The translations under genes were made by a program, and so were the position numbers. From positions 148,167 to 212,166 of the forward strand of contig JAKFBU010000041.1 in NCBI GenBank assembly GCA_036676985.1: 64,000 nucleotides of DNA. The letters run 5' to 3'. Positions 45,945 through 57,326 of this stretch are shown in pieces. The stretch is from Candidatus Sericytochromatia bacterium (GTDB taxonomy: Bacteria > Cyanobacteriota > Sericytochromatia > S15B-MN24 > UBA4093). Under the pieces are notes generated by a model. That model was given only the letters and a program-made list of their open reading frames with translations, was not told the DNA's origin and did not search any database. Within the stretch, counting starts at the first letter, position 1. Every line of letters starts with the position of its first letter.

Positions 45945-48320
45945 ATGGATTTCCGGATTCACTCCCCCGCGACCCGCCCCCTGCACGGCAACCGCCCACG
46001 CCAGACGGCCCCCCTCCATGCGGCGCCGGACACGCCCCGGGAGACTCGCCGGCTCGGCGCGGGCGAGGGCCTCCGCCGCCCGACGGGCGACCTCACGCAG
46101 AGCGCCGACTTCCGGGCCCTCCAGGCCCGGGGCGCGCTCACGCCCGAGGTGCTCGCCCAGTTGAAGACCCTCGCCACCCAGCCCCTCGCCGAGGGGATCG
46201 ACCGCCGGACGCTCATCGCCACCTTGCTCTCGGAGCTTGCGGATCCCGAACGCATCGCCCAGGGCGATCGCCACACCTGCGCGGCCGCGGTGGTCCAGGC
46301 CAAGCTCGCCCAGGACGATCCCGCCGAGTACCTGCGGGTCGTCGCGGGCCTCGCCTCGCCCGCAGGCAGGGTCACGCTCGCCAACGGCGACGTGCTGAGG
46401 CGCCATGCGGACTGGCGCGTGGCAGGTGGGGGATCGCTCTCGAGCGACCTCTTGCAGCCCGCCTTCATGCAGTATGCGACGGGCACCTACGACGTGCGCT
46501 CGGATACCCGGGCCACGGCCAATGGGCGTGGCAAGGGGCTCTACGCCGCCGAGCAGTCACGCTTGCTCTCGGCCGTTTCCGGCACGGCGAGTGTTTCGGT
46601 CTTCGGCAACGGGCCCCAGGTGCTCGACGCCATGCAGCGGGCCCTCGACCAGGGGCACGACGTGCCCGTCGTCATCAAGATCCGCGATCGCGACACCGGC
46701 CAGCTGCAGGGTCACTCGGTGCTCGTCGAGGCGATCCGGGACGGGCAGGTGACGTTCCTGGATCCGAACGGCAAGCGCCGCAGCGTGAGCCTGGAGGCCT
46801 TCACCTCCCGGCTTCAGTCCGCGAGCCTGCCCGCGGGTCTCGTGCCGCCGTCCCTCTTGAAGGCCTCCGAGGGCGAGCAGGGCGTGCTGGCGGGCAACCC
46901 CTTCGTCGACTTCTTCGCGAACGGGGCCAAGGCCGTCGGACAGGCGCTCGAGGAGCACGTCGCCAGGCCCGCGGTCCAGGCCGTCACCACCGCCGTCCAG
47001 GCCGTCAACGAACACGTCGTCCAGCCGGTGGCCAATGCCATTGGGCAGGCCGGCGCCTTCGTGCAGGAGCAGATCGTGCGGCCGGTGCAGGAGAACGTCC
47101 TCGACCCGGTGGCCAAGGCCATCGGCCCCGTGACGGACTGGCTGTCGACCAACGTCTTCCAGCCCCTCTACGTCCACGTCCTGGAGCCCCTGGCCGTGAA
47201 CGTCCTCTGGCCGGTCTGGGAGTTCGTCGGGGACAATGCCCGGAAGGCCAAGGAGGAGCTCGAGAAGCACCAGGAGATGCTCAAGAACATCGCCATGATC
47301 GCCTGTCTCGTCACTCCGGGGCTCAACGCCCTCGCCCTGGCCATCGCCGTCAGCGAGGCCATCGAGGGTGGCCGGGAGCTCCTGGACGGCCTCAAGCAGG
47401 GCGACTGGAAACAAGCGCTCACCGGCACCGCCAAGCTCTTCGGCGGGTTGGCCACGGCCGTCGGGGGCCCCATCCTCTCCAAGGTCGTGGGCTCGGGCGC
47501 CCAGGCCATGGCACGCCTTCTCACCGGCGTGAGCAAGCTCGCCTCCGCGGGGGCGGCCCTCGCGGACGTCTGCAACGAGCGGCTCGATCCGGCCACGCGG
47601 TTCGGCAAGCTCCTGTCGACCGTCGTGCTGGGCGTGGGCGGGACGGCGAGCGTCCTGGGCGAGCAGGCCGAGAAGGCGGCCACGGGCTTCACGGAGGTCG
47701 CCCAAAAGGCGAATGCCTACTACGACCGATCCATCACGACCTATCGACTGCTCATGGATGGCAAGGCTGACTGGCGCTCGGGTCTCTCGCAGGTGATCGG
47801 GCTTGCGGCCGACGTCCACCAGGACCTGAGCGACGACCCTGCGAGCAAGCGCCTCAGGAACCAGTTCCGGGAAGGCGCGCACGTCCTCACCGAGGCCCCC
47901 AAGGTCTGGGAGGCCTTGACCCGCCCGGACGCCCCGGCGGACGTCGACTCGGTGGTCGGCTTCGTCAATCTGGGAACACGGCTGCACCGCGACGTCCTCA
48001 ACGACTGGAACCCCGAGGCGGACGAGGTGGGCAAGGCCGAGCGCCAGCGCATGGACCATGCCGCCGCCTTGTGGCGCGAGAGCAAAGGGCTACAGAAGGG
48101 AGAGCCCCTGGATCAGGTCCAGGCTGCCTGGAGCTACCTCAAGAAGGTGGGCGCCTCCAAGAGTGACGACCAGCTCACCCAGTGGCTGAGAGGCTGGACG
48201 ACGGACCTCGAGAGCTGGGGCGAAGGGCAGGGACAGGCGGCCAAGGAGTGGGCCGCAGGGCAGATTAGGGACGCCTGGCAGTGGTGGACCGAGCAGCGTC
48301 AGGCGGCCGCTCCTTCCTAG
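45945..48320 (+). CDS. Large protein: papain-like (C39-type) cysteine peptidase domain + helical repeats + hydrophobic helices
   Basis: QGDRHTCAA (Gln, Cys), GHSVLV..VTFLDP (His, Asp); GAGGAGG RBS. Confidence 0.7.
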   Translation: MDFRIHSPATRPLHGNRPRQTAPLHAAPDTPRETRRLGAGEGLRRPTGDLTQSADFRALQARGALTPEVLAQLKTLATQPLAEGIDRRTLIATLLSELADPERIAQGDRHTCAAAVVQAKLAQDDPAEYLRVVAGLASPAGRVTLANGDVLRRHADWRVAGGGSLSSDLLQPAFMQYATGTYDVRSDTRATANGRGKGLYAAEQSRLLSAVSGTASVSVFGNGPQVLDAMQRALDQGHDVPVVIKIRDRDTGQLQGHSVLVEAIRDGQVTFLDPNGKRRSVSLEAFTSRLQSASLPAGLVPPSLLKASEGEQGVLAGNPFVDFFANGAKAVGQALEEHVARPAVQAVTTAVQAVNEHVVQPVANAIGQAGAFVQEQIVRPVQENVLDPVAKAIGPVTDWLSTNVFQPLYVHVLEPLAVNVLWPVWEFVGDNARKAKEELEKHQEMLKNIAMIACLVTPGLNALALAIAVSEAIEGGRELLDGLKQGDWKQALTGTAKLFGGLATAVGGPILSKVVGSGAQAMARLLTGVSKLASAGAALADVCNERLDPATRFGKLLSTVVLGVGGTASVLGEQAEKAATGFTEVAQKANAYYDRSITTYRLLMDGKADWRSGLSQVIGLAADVHQDLSDDPASKRLRNQFREGAHVLTEAPKVWEALTRPDAPADVDSVVGFVNLGTRLHRDVLNDWNPEADEVGKAERQRMDHAAALWRESKGLQKGEPLDQVQAAWSYLKKVGASKSDDQLTQWLRGWTTDLESWGEGQGQAAKEWAAGQIRDAWQWWTEQRQAAAPS

Positions 48321-49612
48321 ACCTCGACGGGGACGGGGTCGTCCACCCGGGCCACGGGCAGGTCGAACCAGAACCGCGAGCCCTTGCCCGGAAGGCTCTC
48401 GACCCCGATCTGCCCGCCGTGGGCGGCCACGATGCCCTGGCAGATGGCCAGCCCCAGGCCGATGCCCTCCACGTCCACCCGGCGGTTGCCGAGTCCCGCC
48501 CGATAGAAGGGCGTGAACAGGTGAGCCAGATGGTCCGGCGTGATGCCCGGGCCTTCGTCGATCACCTCGGTCCGGACCCGATCGTCTTCCATCCGGACCG
48601 ACACCTGGACCTCGGTGGCCTCGGGACTGTACTTCAGGGCGTTATGGAGGAGGTTGATGAGCACCTGCTCGATCCGGCGGGGATCGGCCGTGATGGCGAT
48701 CTGACGGCTGACGAGCGCCAGGGTGACGCGCTGCTCCTTCTCGCCCGCGAGCACGCCCAGCACGTTCACCACGTCCTGCACCAGCTCGTCGTACGAGAAG
48801 CGCTCGGGCTTCAGGGGCAGCTGGCCGCTCTGCAGGCGCCCGAAATCCAGCAGCTCGTCGATGAGCAGGCCCATGCGATCGGCGGCCTTCGAAATTTCGC
48901 GCGAGACGTCCTGCAGCTCCGCCGGATCCGTGCCGATCATCCCGGATCGCAGGAGCTTGCTGTAGCCGTTGATGACCGTCAGCGGGGTGCGCAGCTCGTG
49001 GCTCACGATGTTGATGAACTGGTACTTGGCCTCGGTGAGGGATTGCAGCTCATGCGCCCGGCTCGCCTGGGCCGCGGCCTCGTGATTCGCGCGGGCGGCC
49101 GCCGAGTTGAGCAGGGACAGGGCCGAATAGCCGCCCCAGACCGCCACCAGGATCATCAGCCCGTCGACGGGGTTGGGCAAGGGCTTGTGGAGGGCCAGGC
49201 CCAAGAGGAAGAGCGTCAGGGCCGACGAGACCATGGCCCCATGCATGGAGCCGTAGATGAACGTCACGCCGAAGGAATGCAGGAGAATGAGGCGCAGATA
49301 GGGCGACGCGCCTCCCCCGCTGACGATCAGGAAGGCCGCGATGAGCAGCCCCTCGATCCAGGGCATCCAGCGACGGAGACGGGACCAGGGCTGCGGACTG
49401 ATCGTGACCAGCAAGGCCCCGACGGCATTGACGAGGCCCGCCGCGATGAGGATGCGCGGGATCAAGGCCGCGCCAGGGTCGCAAAGGAACACCCGGAGGG
49501 CGATGGCCGCGACGACGGCCAGCCGCAGCACGTCGATGGCCAGGTGCCAGCTCTTGGGGGGGCTCGGCGCATCCTGCCGGAGGGCCTGTCGGAGGGTCTG
49601 CCAGATGGTCAC
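48317..49612 (-). CDS. Membrane sensor histidine kinase
   Basis: SHELRTPLT, NLLHNALKY, DEGPGI, GIGLGL. Confidence 0.95.
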   Translation of the reverse strand: MTIWQTLRQALRQDAPSPPKSWHLAIDVLRLAVVAAIALRVFLCDPGAALIPRILIAAGLVNAVGALLVTISPQPWSRLRRWMPWIEGLLIAAFLIVSGGGASPYLRLILLHSFGVTFIYGSMHGAMVSSALTLFLLGLALHKPLPNPVDGLMILVAVWGGYSALSLLNSAAARANHEAAAQASRAHELQSLTEAKYQFINIVSHELRTPLTVINGYSKLLRSGMIGTDPAELQDVSREISKAADRMGLLIDELLDFGRLQSGQLPLKPERFSYDELVQDVVNVLGVLAGEKEQRVTLALVSRQIAITADPRRIEQVLINLLHNALKYSPEATEVQVSVRMEDDRVRTEVIDEGPGITPDHLAHLFTPFYRAGLGNRRVDVEGIGLGLAICQGIVAAHGGQIGVESLPGKGSRFWFDLPVARVDDPVPVEV

Positions 49613-49703
49613 AGAAGCATTAACCTAAACTTAACCTCGCGATTAAGAAAGATAACCTAACGAACACTCGATGATAACCTCAGACCCAGAGGAGGTATGA
49701 TCG

Positions 49704-50015
49704 ATGTCCATTAGCGTCCAAGAGTTATCTACCCGATTCATCCAGCGCTATGACCGCAACGGCGACCAAAAAGTGCGCACCTCGCGGAGTTTCTGGGATG
49801 TGATCCTGTTCCGGCGGCCCGAGGTCGGCGGCGAGGCCGCGGCCTTCGCGCGAAAGGTGGACCAGGCCTACATGCAGCGGCACTACGTCGACCGCCTGGA
49901 TCTCAGCGACTGGATCCGGCAGAACGTCGACATCGACCGCAACGGCAGCGTCAGCGATCTGGAGAAGTACCTGCTCCTGGCGCGCGATCGCGAGGCCTTC
50001 AAGGCGCTGTTCTAG
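49704..50015 (+). CDS. Small EF-hand-like protein
   Basis: YDRNGDQKV and DIDRNGSVSDLE loops; AGGAGG RBS. Confidence 0.65.
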   Translation: MSISVQELSTRFIQRYDRNGDQKVRTSRSFWDVILFRRPEVGGEAAAFARKVDQAYMQRHYVDRLDLSDWIRQNVDIDRNGSVSDLEKYLLLARDREAFKALF

Positions 50016-50524
50016 AAGAGCGTCAGCCCGGCGACGCGGCGCTCGTGCGACAGCAGCCAGCGCTTGGCCTCCAGGCCGCCGGCATACCCCACGAGCGAGC
50101 CGTCCGCCCCCACCACCCGGTGGCAGGGCACGACGATCCCGATCGGATTCGAGCGGTTGGCGAGGCCGACTGCTCGCGATCCGTTGGGGGAGCCCACGCG
50201 CTCGGCGAGCTCCTTGTACGTCCAGGTCCGGCCGTAGGGGATCGCGCGAAGCGCCTCCCAGACCTTCAACTGGAACGGCGTGCCCCTGGGGTCCAGGTCG
50301 AAGGTGAAGGCCTGGCGATCGCCCGCGAAGTAAGCCGCAAGCTCCGCGAGCACCCCCGCGAGCCCTGCGGCGTCGAGCACCGGCTCCTCGTCCGGATACA
50401 GGCCCTTCAGCCACTCCAGGGAGGCCGCCTGGCCCTCGCCGAAGGAGACGGCGCACACCCCGCGCTCGGTGCTGGCGACGAGCAGCTCCCCCAGCGGGGA
50501 CTCGGTGGTCGCGTAGCGGATCAC
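50012..50524 (-). CDS. ogt: Methylated-DNA--protein-cysteine methyltransferase
   Basis: ESPLGEL, GTPFQLKVW, IPYG, RAVG, PCHRV. Confidence 0.95.
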   Translation of the reverse strand: MIRYATTESPLGELLVASTERGVCAVSFGEGQAASLEWLKGLYPDEEPVLDAAGLAGVLAELAAYFAGDRQAFTFDLDPRGTPFQLKVWEALRAIPYGRTWTYKELAERVGSPNGSRAVGLANRSNPIGIVVPCHRVVGADGSLVGYAGGLEAKRWLLSHERRVAGLTLF

Positions 50525-51183
50525 GCCTCGACCTCCTGCGGCAGGACGCCCGGCAGGATCGAGCGCTCGAACACCAAGCCGAACTGCTTGACGAGCTCGG
50601 CCTTGACCTCGTCCATGGGTACCGGATGCCCCACGAGCGCCTGGACAGAGGTCATGACATCCGCTGTCAGGCCGCAGGGCCGGATGGCGGCAAAGCCCCC
50701 AAGATCCGTGCCCACGTTGAGCCCGAGGCCGTGGTACGTCACCCAGCGCCGGACGGCGATGCCGATGGAGCTCACCTTCTTGTCGGCCACCCACACGCCG
50801 GTGTAGCCCTCGCGGCGCCCGGCCTCGACATCCCAGCGCGCGAGCGTGCGGATCTGCACCTCTTCGATCTTGCGCAGGAGCCGGTGCAGGTCGCGCTCGG
50901 GCCCCTCCTCGAGCTTGAGGATGGGATAGCCGATGAGCTGCCCGGGGGCATGATAGGTGGCCTCACCCCCGCGCTCGATCTCGACCACCGGGATGCCCGG
51001 CCGGAGCACGTCGATGGCGGGATCGCCCTTGCGGCCGAGCGTGATCACGGGCTCGTGCTCGACCAGGATCAGGGTGTCACCGATCCGATCGTCGGCGCGC
51101 TCCTCGACGAGTCGCTTTTGCAGGGCGTAGACCTCGTCGTAGGGTCGGCATCCCAGATCGATGACGTGCAGTGTGCGGGCCAT
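50521..51183 (-). CDS. lipB: Lipoyl(octanoyl) transferase
   Basis: EHEPVITLGR, RGGEATYHAPGQL, KVSSIG, HGLGLNV, IRPCG. Confidence 0.95.
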   Translation of the reverse strand: MARTLHVIDLGCRPYDEVYALQKRLVEERADDRIGDTLILVEHEPVITLGRKGDPAIDVLRPGIPVVEIERGGEATYHAPGQLIGYPILKLEEGPERDLHRLLRKIEEVQIRTLARWDVEAGRREGYTGVWVADKKVSSIGIAVRRWVTYHGLGLNVGTDLGGFAAIRPCGLTADVMTSVQALVGHPVPMDEVKAELVKQFGLVFERSILPGVLPQEVEA

Positions 51184-51229
51184 GTGGCGCTCCTCTCCAG
51201 GCCATTCTACGCCCTCTCGGGGCCCATGC

Positions 51230-51263
51230 AAAAGGCCACCGCCCTTTCGAGCGGTGGCCTTTT
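51230..51263 (-). terminator. Intrinsic (bidirectional-type) terminator after E2
   Basis: AAAAGGCCACCGC...GCGGTGGCCTTTT. Confidence 0.85.
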
Positions 51264-51272
51264 GGGAATGGC

Positions 51273-52595
51273 TTACGCCATCTCGATCATGAGGTTGCTC
51301 GGGTTCTCGAGGTAACGGATGACCTCGTTGGTGAACTCCGCGCCCACCGCGCCGTCGACCACGCGGTGGTCGAAGGACAGGGCGAGGTTCATCATCTGGC
51401 CGATGGCGATCTGGCCGTCCCGGATCACCGGGCGCTCCTTGATCTTCATGACCGCGAGGATGCCCACCTCGGGATGGTTGATGATGGGCGTCGCGAACAG
51501 ACCACCCACCGAGCCGACGCTCGAGATGGTGAAGGTGCCGCCCTTGAGCTCCTCGGGGTGGTTGCGGCCGACCCGAGCACGCTCGGCGACCTCGGCCACT
51601 TCCTTGGCGAGCTGGAGGATCGACTTCTTGTCCACGTCCTTGATGACGGGGACGATGAGGCCGTTCTCGCCGGCCACCGCGATGCCGAGGTTGTAGTACT
51701 TCTTGACCACGATCTCGCTGGTGGCGTCGTCCAGGCTCGCGTTGAGCAGCGGGAACTTCTTGAGGGCCGCCACCACCGCCTTCATGATGAAGGGCAGGTA
51801 GGTGAGCTTCACGCCCTGCTTCTCGGCCGCCTTCTTGGACTCCGCGCGCATGGCGATGAGCTTGGTGGCGTCCAGCTCGTCCATGAAGGTGAAGTGCGGC
51901 GCCGTGAAGGCCGACTGCACCATCTTCTCGGAGATCTTCTTGCGCAGGCCGCGCAGGGCGATCCGCTCCTCGAGCTGGGCCGAGGAGACCGGCACGGCGA
52001 TCGCCCCCGAGACCACAGGAGCCGCCGCGGGCTTGCCCTGGGCGAAGGCCTGCACGTCTCCCTTGGTCACGCGGCCCACCGGACCGGAGCCGGGCACGCG
52101 CTGGATGTCCACGCCGAGGTCACGGGCGAGCTTGCGCGTCGCGGGCGTGGCGAGCACGCGGCCGCTCGCGGCCGCGACGCTCACCTCGGGAAGGGTCTCC
52201 GGCAGCGCCATGGGGATCTCGGGCTGCGGCAGGCTTTCGGGCAGGGCCGCCGCCACCTGGGTCGAGGCGCAGCTGGGCGTCTCGGCCTTGGGGGTCGCCC
52301 CGCCGCCGTGGCCGTGCATGATGGGGGCCGTCTGGCCGGGAGCCATCTCGATGGTCACGACCACGTCGCCCACCTTGATGATCTCGCCCACCTTGCCGAA
52401 GGTCGCGAGGATCTTGCCGCGGCGTGGCGAGGGGATCTCGACCGTCGCCTTGTCCGTCATGACCTCGAACATGGGCTGGTCCTCGGCGACCTCGTCGCCC
52501 GGCTTCACCAGCCAGGCCATGAGCTCGCCCTCGACCACGCCCTCGCCGATGTCCGGCAGGAGGAAGTCGAACGTGTTCTGAGCCGTCATCGTCAT
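51273..52595 (-). CDS. Dihydrolipoamide acyltransferase (E2) of 2-oxoacid dehydrogenase
   Basis: Lipoyl TDKA, ATPATRKLA binding domain, DHRVVDG. Confidence 0.95.
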   Translation of the reverse strand: MTMTAQNTFDFLLPDIGEGVVEGELMAWLVKPGDEVAEDQPMFEVMTDKATVEIPSPRRGKILATFGKVGEIIKVGDVVVTIEMAPGQTAPIMHGHGGGATPKAETPSCASTQVAAALPESLPQPEIPMALPETLPEVSVAAASGRVLATPATRKLARDLGVDIQRVPGSGPVGRVTKGDVQAFAQGKPAAAPVVSGAIAVPVSSAQLEERIALRGLRKKISEKMVQSAFTAPHFTFMDELDATKLIAMRAESKKAAEKQGVKLTYLPFIMKAVVAALKKFPLLNASLDDATSEIVVKKYYNLGIAVAGENGLIVPVIKDVDKKSILQLAKEVAEVAERARVGRNHPEELKGGTFTISSVGSVGGLFATPIINHPEVGILAVMKIKERPVIRDGQIAIGQMMNLALSFDHRVVDGAVGAEFTNEVIRYLENPSNLMIEMA

Positions 52596-52605
52596 CGCTT
52601 CCCCC

Positions 52606-53573
<968 letters not shown>

Positions 53574-53574
<1 letters not shown>

Positions 53575-54698
53575 TAGTGGTTCTCCTTAGCTTCCGCGAG
53601 GCTGGCCTTCAGCTCGGCTTCCTGCTCCTGGAGGAACCAGGGCTTGTCGCTGAAGACGTCCTCGAAGATCGTCTCGACGCCGGGCGCGGGAGCCTTCTCG
53701 GCCGTCTCGATGGCGGTCATGATCTCCGCCTTGAACTCGGCCTGCAGCTGCTCCTCCCACTCGGGGGTCCAGAGGCCCTTCTTGGCGAGGAAGCGCTGGA
53801 AGCGCGGCATGGGATCCTTCTGCTCCCACTCCTTGACGTCCTCCTCCTTGCGGTAGCCGGAGGGATCGTCCGAGGTCGAGTGGGCGCCCAGGCGGTAGGT
53901 GACCGCCTCGATGAGGGTGGGGCCGCCACCGTTGCGGGCCTTCTCGGCCGCGCGCTGGGTGGCGACGATGACGGCGAGGATGTCGTTGCCGTCGACGAGC
54001 ACGCCCTCGAAGCCGTAGGCGTTGGCCTTCATGGCGAAGTTCTCGCTGGCGGTCTGCACCTCGCGCGGGGTCGAGATGGCCCAGCCGTTGTTGCGCAGGA
54101 AGAAGACCGTCGGGGTCTTGTAGACGCCCGCGAAGTTGAGGCCGACGTGGAAGTCGCCCTGCGAGGTCGAGCCCTCACCGAAGTAGGTCAGCGTGATGAT
54201 GGGATCGCGCCGGAGCTTGGCGGCCCAGGCGGCGCCCACCGCCTGCGGCAGCTGGACGGCGAGCGGGCTCGAGACCGAGACGATGTTCTTGTGGCGGAAG
54301 GAGTAGTGCACGGGCATCTGACGGCCCTTGGTGCCGTCGTACGCGTTGCCGTAGCACTGGTTGGCCATCTCCTGCACCGTGATGCCGCGCCACAGGTAGG
54401 CGCCCTGCTCGCGGTAGCAAGGGAAGATCCAGTCCTCGGGCTTGAGGGCGTAGGCGGAGCCGACGGTCGCGGCCTCCTCGCCGTAGCTGCCCAGGTAGAA
54501 GCCCAGGCGGCCCTGGCGCTGCAGGGTGATCATGCGCTGGTCGAACGCACGGGTCAGCGCCATGGTCCGGTAGAGGGCCTTGAGGTCCTCGTCCGAGATG
54601 GCCGGCATGAGGGCCGGGTCCGCGGTATCGTCAGCGCGCAGCACGGTGAAGAGGGCCGTAGGCAGGCCCTTGTCCACCTTATACTCGACTAAGCTCAA
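53574..54698 (-). CDS. 2-oxoacid dehydrogenase E1 alpha subunit (branched-chain/pyruvate type)
   Basis: LQRQGRLGFY, KGRQMPVHY, GEGSTS..NN TPP motif, HSTSDDP. Confidence 0.95.
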
Positions 54699-55614
54699 TG
54701 CTGTCTCCTTCGTTGGAAGCGGAAGAACGGTCTTTGTTCTGTTTCTCGACGATGCCCTTGATGAAGAACTCGCCGGCGCGGTAGCTCGAACGGACCAAGG
54801 GCCCGCTCGCGCAGTAGAGGAAGCCCATCTCGTCGGCCCAGGCCTTGAACTCGTTGAACTTATCCAGGTGGACGTACTCCACCACCTCCAGGTGCTTCTG
54901 GCTGGGGCGGAGGTACTGGCCGAAGGTCACGATCTGGCAGCCGTAGTCGCGCAGATCGCCGAGGGTCTCCTTGATCTCGTCGTCGGTCTCGCCGAGTCCG
55001 ACCATGATGGAAGTCTTGACGAAGGTGTGGGGGTTGATGCGGTGGATGTCCTGGAGCACCTTGAGGCTCTGGGCGTAGTTGGCGCGGCGATCGCGCACCT
55101 TGGGCGTCAGGCGCCGCACGGTCTCCACGTTGTGGGCCACCACGTCGGCGCCCGCGTCCACCACCGTCTTGAGGGCGGCGTAGTCGCCCTGGAAGTCGGG
55201 GATCAGCACCTCGACCAGGCAGTCGGGCGTCTTGGCCTTGATGGCACAGATGACGGCCGCGAAGTGGGCGGCCCCTCCGTCCGCGAGGTCGTCGCGGTCC
55301 ACCGAGGTGATGACGACGTACTCGAGGCCCATGCGCTCGACCTGGCCCGCGACCTTCTCGGGCTCGTGGGGATCGAGCGGGTTGCCCTCGCGGGCGGTCT
55401 TGATGTGGCAGAAGCGGCAGCCGCGGGTGCAGGTGTCGCCCATGATCATCATGGTGGCGGTGCCGGAGCTCCAGCACTCACCGATATTGGGGCACGAGGC
55501 CTCCTCACACACGGTGTGGAGCTGGAGGCCGCGCAGGTTCTCCTTGATCGAGAGGTATCGTTCGCCCGCGGGCGGGCGTATCTTGAGCCATTCCGGCTTA
55601 CGCTGGGTGTCCAT
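54679..55614 (-). CDS. lipA: Lipoyl synthase
   Basis: RKPEWL, CEEASCPNIGECW, CTRGCRFC, VRSSYRA. Confidence 0.96.
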   Translation of the reverse strand: MDTQRKPEWLKIRPPAGERYLSIKENLRGLQLHTVCEEASCPNIGECWSSGTATMMIMGDTCTRGCRFCHIKTAREGNPLDPHEPEKVAGQVERMGLEYVVITSVDRDDLADGGAAHFAAVICAIKAKTPDCLVEVLIPDFQGDYAALKTVVDAGADVVAHNVETVRRLTPKVRDRRANYAQSLKVLQDIHRINPHTFVKTSIMVGLGETDDEIKETLGDLRDYGCQIVTFGQYLRPSQKHLEVVEYVHLDKFNEFKAWADEMGFLYCASGPLVRSSYRAGEFFIKGIVEKQNKDRSSASNEGDSIELSRV

Positions 55615-55730
55615 AAGGTGTTCTCGCTTTCGCGGCCAAACGCCGCTCGCCTGGGCTGTTTTGGCACTAACAAGCCATTGTCCATCGTAACCGGAGCGAG
55701 GCGCATCCGTCAAAGCCCCCCCAAACGGCG

Positions 55731-55756
55731 ACGGACCCGGCGTTTGCCGGGTCCGT
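55731..55756 (-). terminator. Hairpin downstream of lipoprotein gene
   Basis: ACGGACCCGGC-gttt-GCCGGGTCCGT. Confidence 0.55.
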
Positions 55757-55814
55757 GCGCGGATTTTTCTGGTCTGCTGGCTGCCGGCGTGAACGCCGGC
55801 GCTGCCAGGGCTGC

Positions 55815-57326
55815 CTAGAGCGTTCCCGGGTTGTGGCCCGAGGCGTTCTTGAGGTTCGTCCGGTAGGTGTCGAGGGTGCCCGGCGTCAGGTTGATCCCGA
55901 CGTCCAGATCCGTATCGACCACCACCCGGTTGGCACCCAGGAGGTCGAACGGCGGGGGCGGCGGCATCCAGGGCTGATCGGCAGGCCAGTCGGCGGGCTT
56001 GGGCATCGGCGTCCAGTTCAGGCCCGTGAACCAGCTGAAGTTGGACTGGTTGGCGGCCTTGAAGCGGAACCGGACGACCTTGTCCGTGCCGTTGTTGTAG
56101 AAGACACGAATCCAGGGGTAGTCCGACCCCTTGGCGAGGCGGTAGTTCCAGTAGCCGTGGAGGTGGAAGATCATCATCGGATCGAGCTTGATGGCCCCCT
56201 CCGAGCTGATGGACAGCAGATCGATGATCCGCGGAGGCAGGCCGGGACCCATCGGGGCGATGGGGCGCTCTTCCTTGCCGACGAACAGGGCCTTGACGCT
56301 CGCGCTGCTGACGGTGGCGAGGTCCGGCACGTTGAAGGTGACGGCGTACTGGTTGATCTTCTCGCGGATCTCCTGCATCTCCCCCTGATCGGGAGGGGGC
56401 GGAGCCTCGCCCGGCTTCGGAACGTTCACCTGCAGGCCGTTGTCCAGCTCGTACTGCTCGAGGGTGCCGGTCGGCTGCTCCACGAAGCTGACGCTGCAGT
56501 CCACCGACTGGTTGTCCGTGAAGGCCTCGGGCGGCGGCGGCGGAACCACCGGCTCGCCCGGCTGGGGCGGCTGCCACTCCGGCAGGCTGGGCAGCACCGA
56601 AAGATCGGCGAGCACGACCGTCGGCGTGCCTGCGTTCAGATAGGCGACGCGCACCATCGGCAGCTTGCCCACGGCCTCCTGATACTCCCGTGCGAGGAAG
56701 AAGACCTGGGGATCGATCTTGAGCACGCCGCTCTCGACCACGTAGGCGTGCATCGGGAGCTTCTGGCGATCGAAGTAGACGGCCTTGATGGTCAGGGGGG
56801 TCAAGCCCTCGATCGGGGCGCGGTTGAACGTCACCTTGACCCGCTTGGTGGCCATCTGGTTGAGGAAGGCGTCATGCCGGGCCTCGACGTCGATGGTCGT
56901 GCCGATACCGACCTCGGAGGTGTAGCCCTGGCCGCTGCTGTCGGGGATGAAGGCCACGTCGCCGCTGAAGCGTGCGTCGGGACTCTCGGTCTTCTTGCCC
57001 TCGATGGTGAACTGCTGCGTCGTGCCGTCCTTGAGCGTCACGAAGATCTTGTGGTTGCCCTCGAGCACCGGCCGGAAGACCAGCTTGCCGCTCTCGAACT
57101 TGTAGTCGATCTTGTTGCCCTTCTCGTCCTTCACCGACGTGATGTCCGTCTCGGCGTAGGTCTTGGCCTGGCCGGTCGTCGGGTCCACCGTCTTGAGGCT
57201 GAGGCCGTACTCGCCCAAGAGCGAGTTGAGCGTTCCGAGCGTGTTGGGGTTGAGGTTGGCGACCCCCGGGCAGCCCGTCAGCAGACCGGCGCTCAGGGCC
57301 AGGGCCACCCAGCGAAGTTGGTTCAT
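55815..57326 (-). CDS. Hypothetical lipoprotein with internal domain duplication
   Basis: Lipobox LTGC; AGGAGG RBS; two VTFN..KA..G..K(I/L)DP..P..RV.Y.N.G units separated by Pro-rich linkers. Confidence 0.75.
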   Translation of the reverse strand: MNQLRWVALALSAGLLTGCPGVANLNPNTLGTLNSLLGEYGLSLKTVDPTTGQAKTYAETDITSVKDEKGNKIDYKFESGKLVFRPVLEGNHKIFVTLKDGTTQQFTIEGKKTESPDARFSGDVAFIPDSSGQGYTSEVGIGTTIDVEARHDAFLNQMATKRVKVTFNRAPIEGLTPLTIKAVYFDRQKLPMHAYVVESGVLKIDPQVFFLAREYQEAVGKLPMVRVAYLNAGTPTVVLADLSVLPSLPEWQPPQPGEPVVPPPPPEAFTDNQSVDCSVSFVEQPTGTLEQYELDNGLQVNVPKPGEAPPPPDQGEMQEIREKINQYAVTFNVPDLATVSSASVKALFVGKEERPIAPMGPGLPPRIIDLLSISSEGAIKLDPMMIFHLHGYWNYRLAKGSDYPWIRVFYNNGTDKVVRFRFKAANQSNFSWFTGLNWTPMPKPADWPADQPWMPPPPPFDLLGANRVVVDTDLDVGINLTPGTLDTYRTNLKNASGHNPGTL

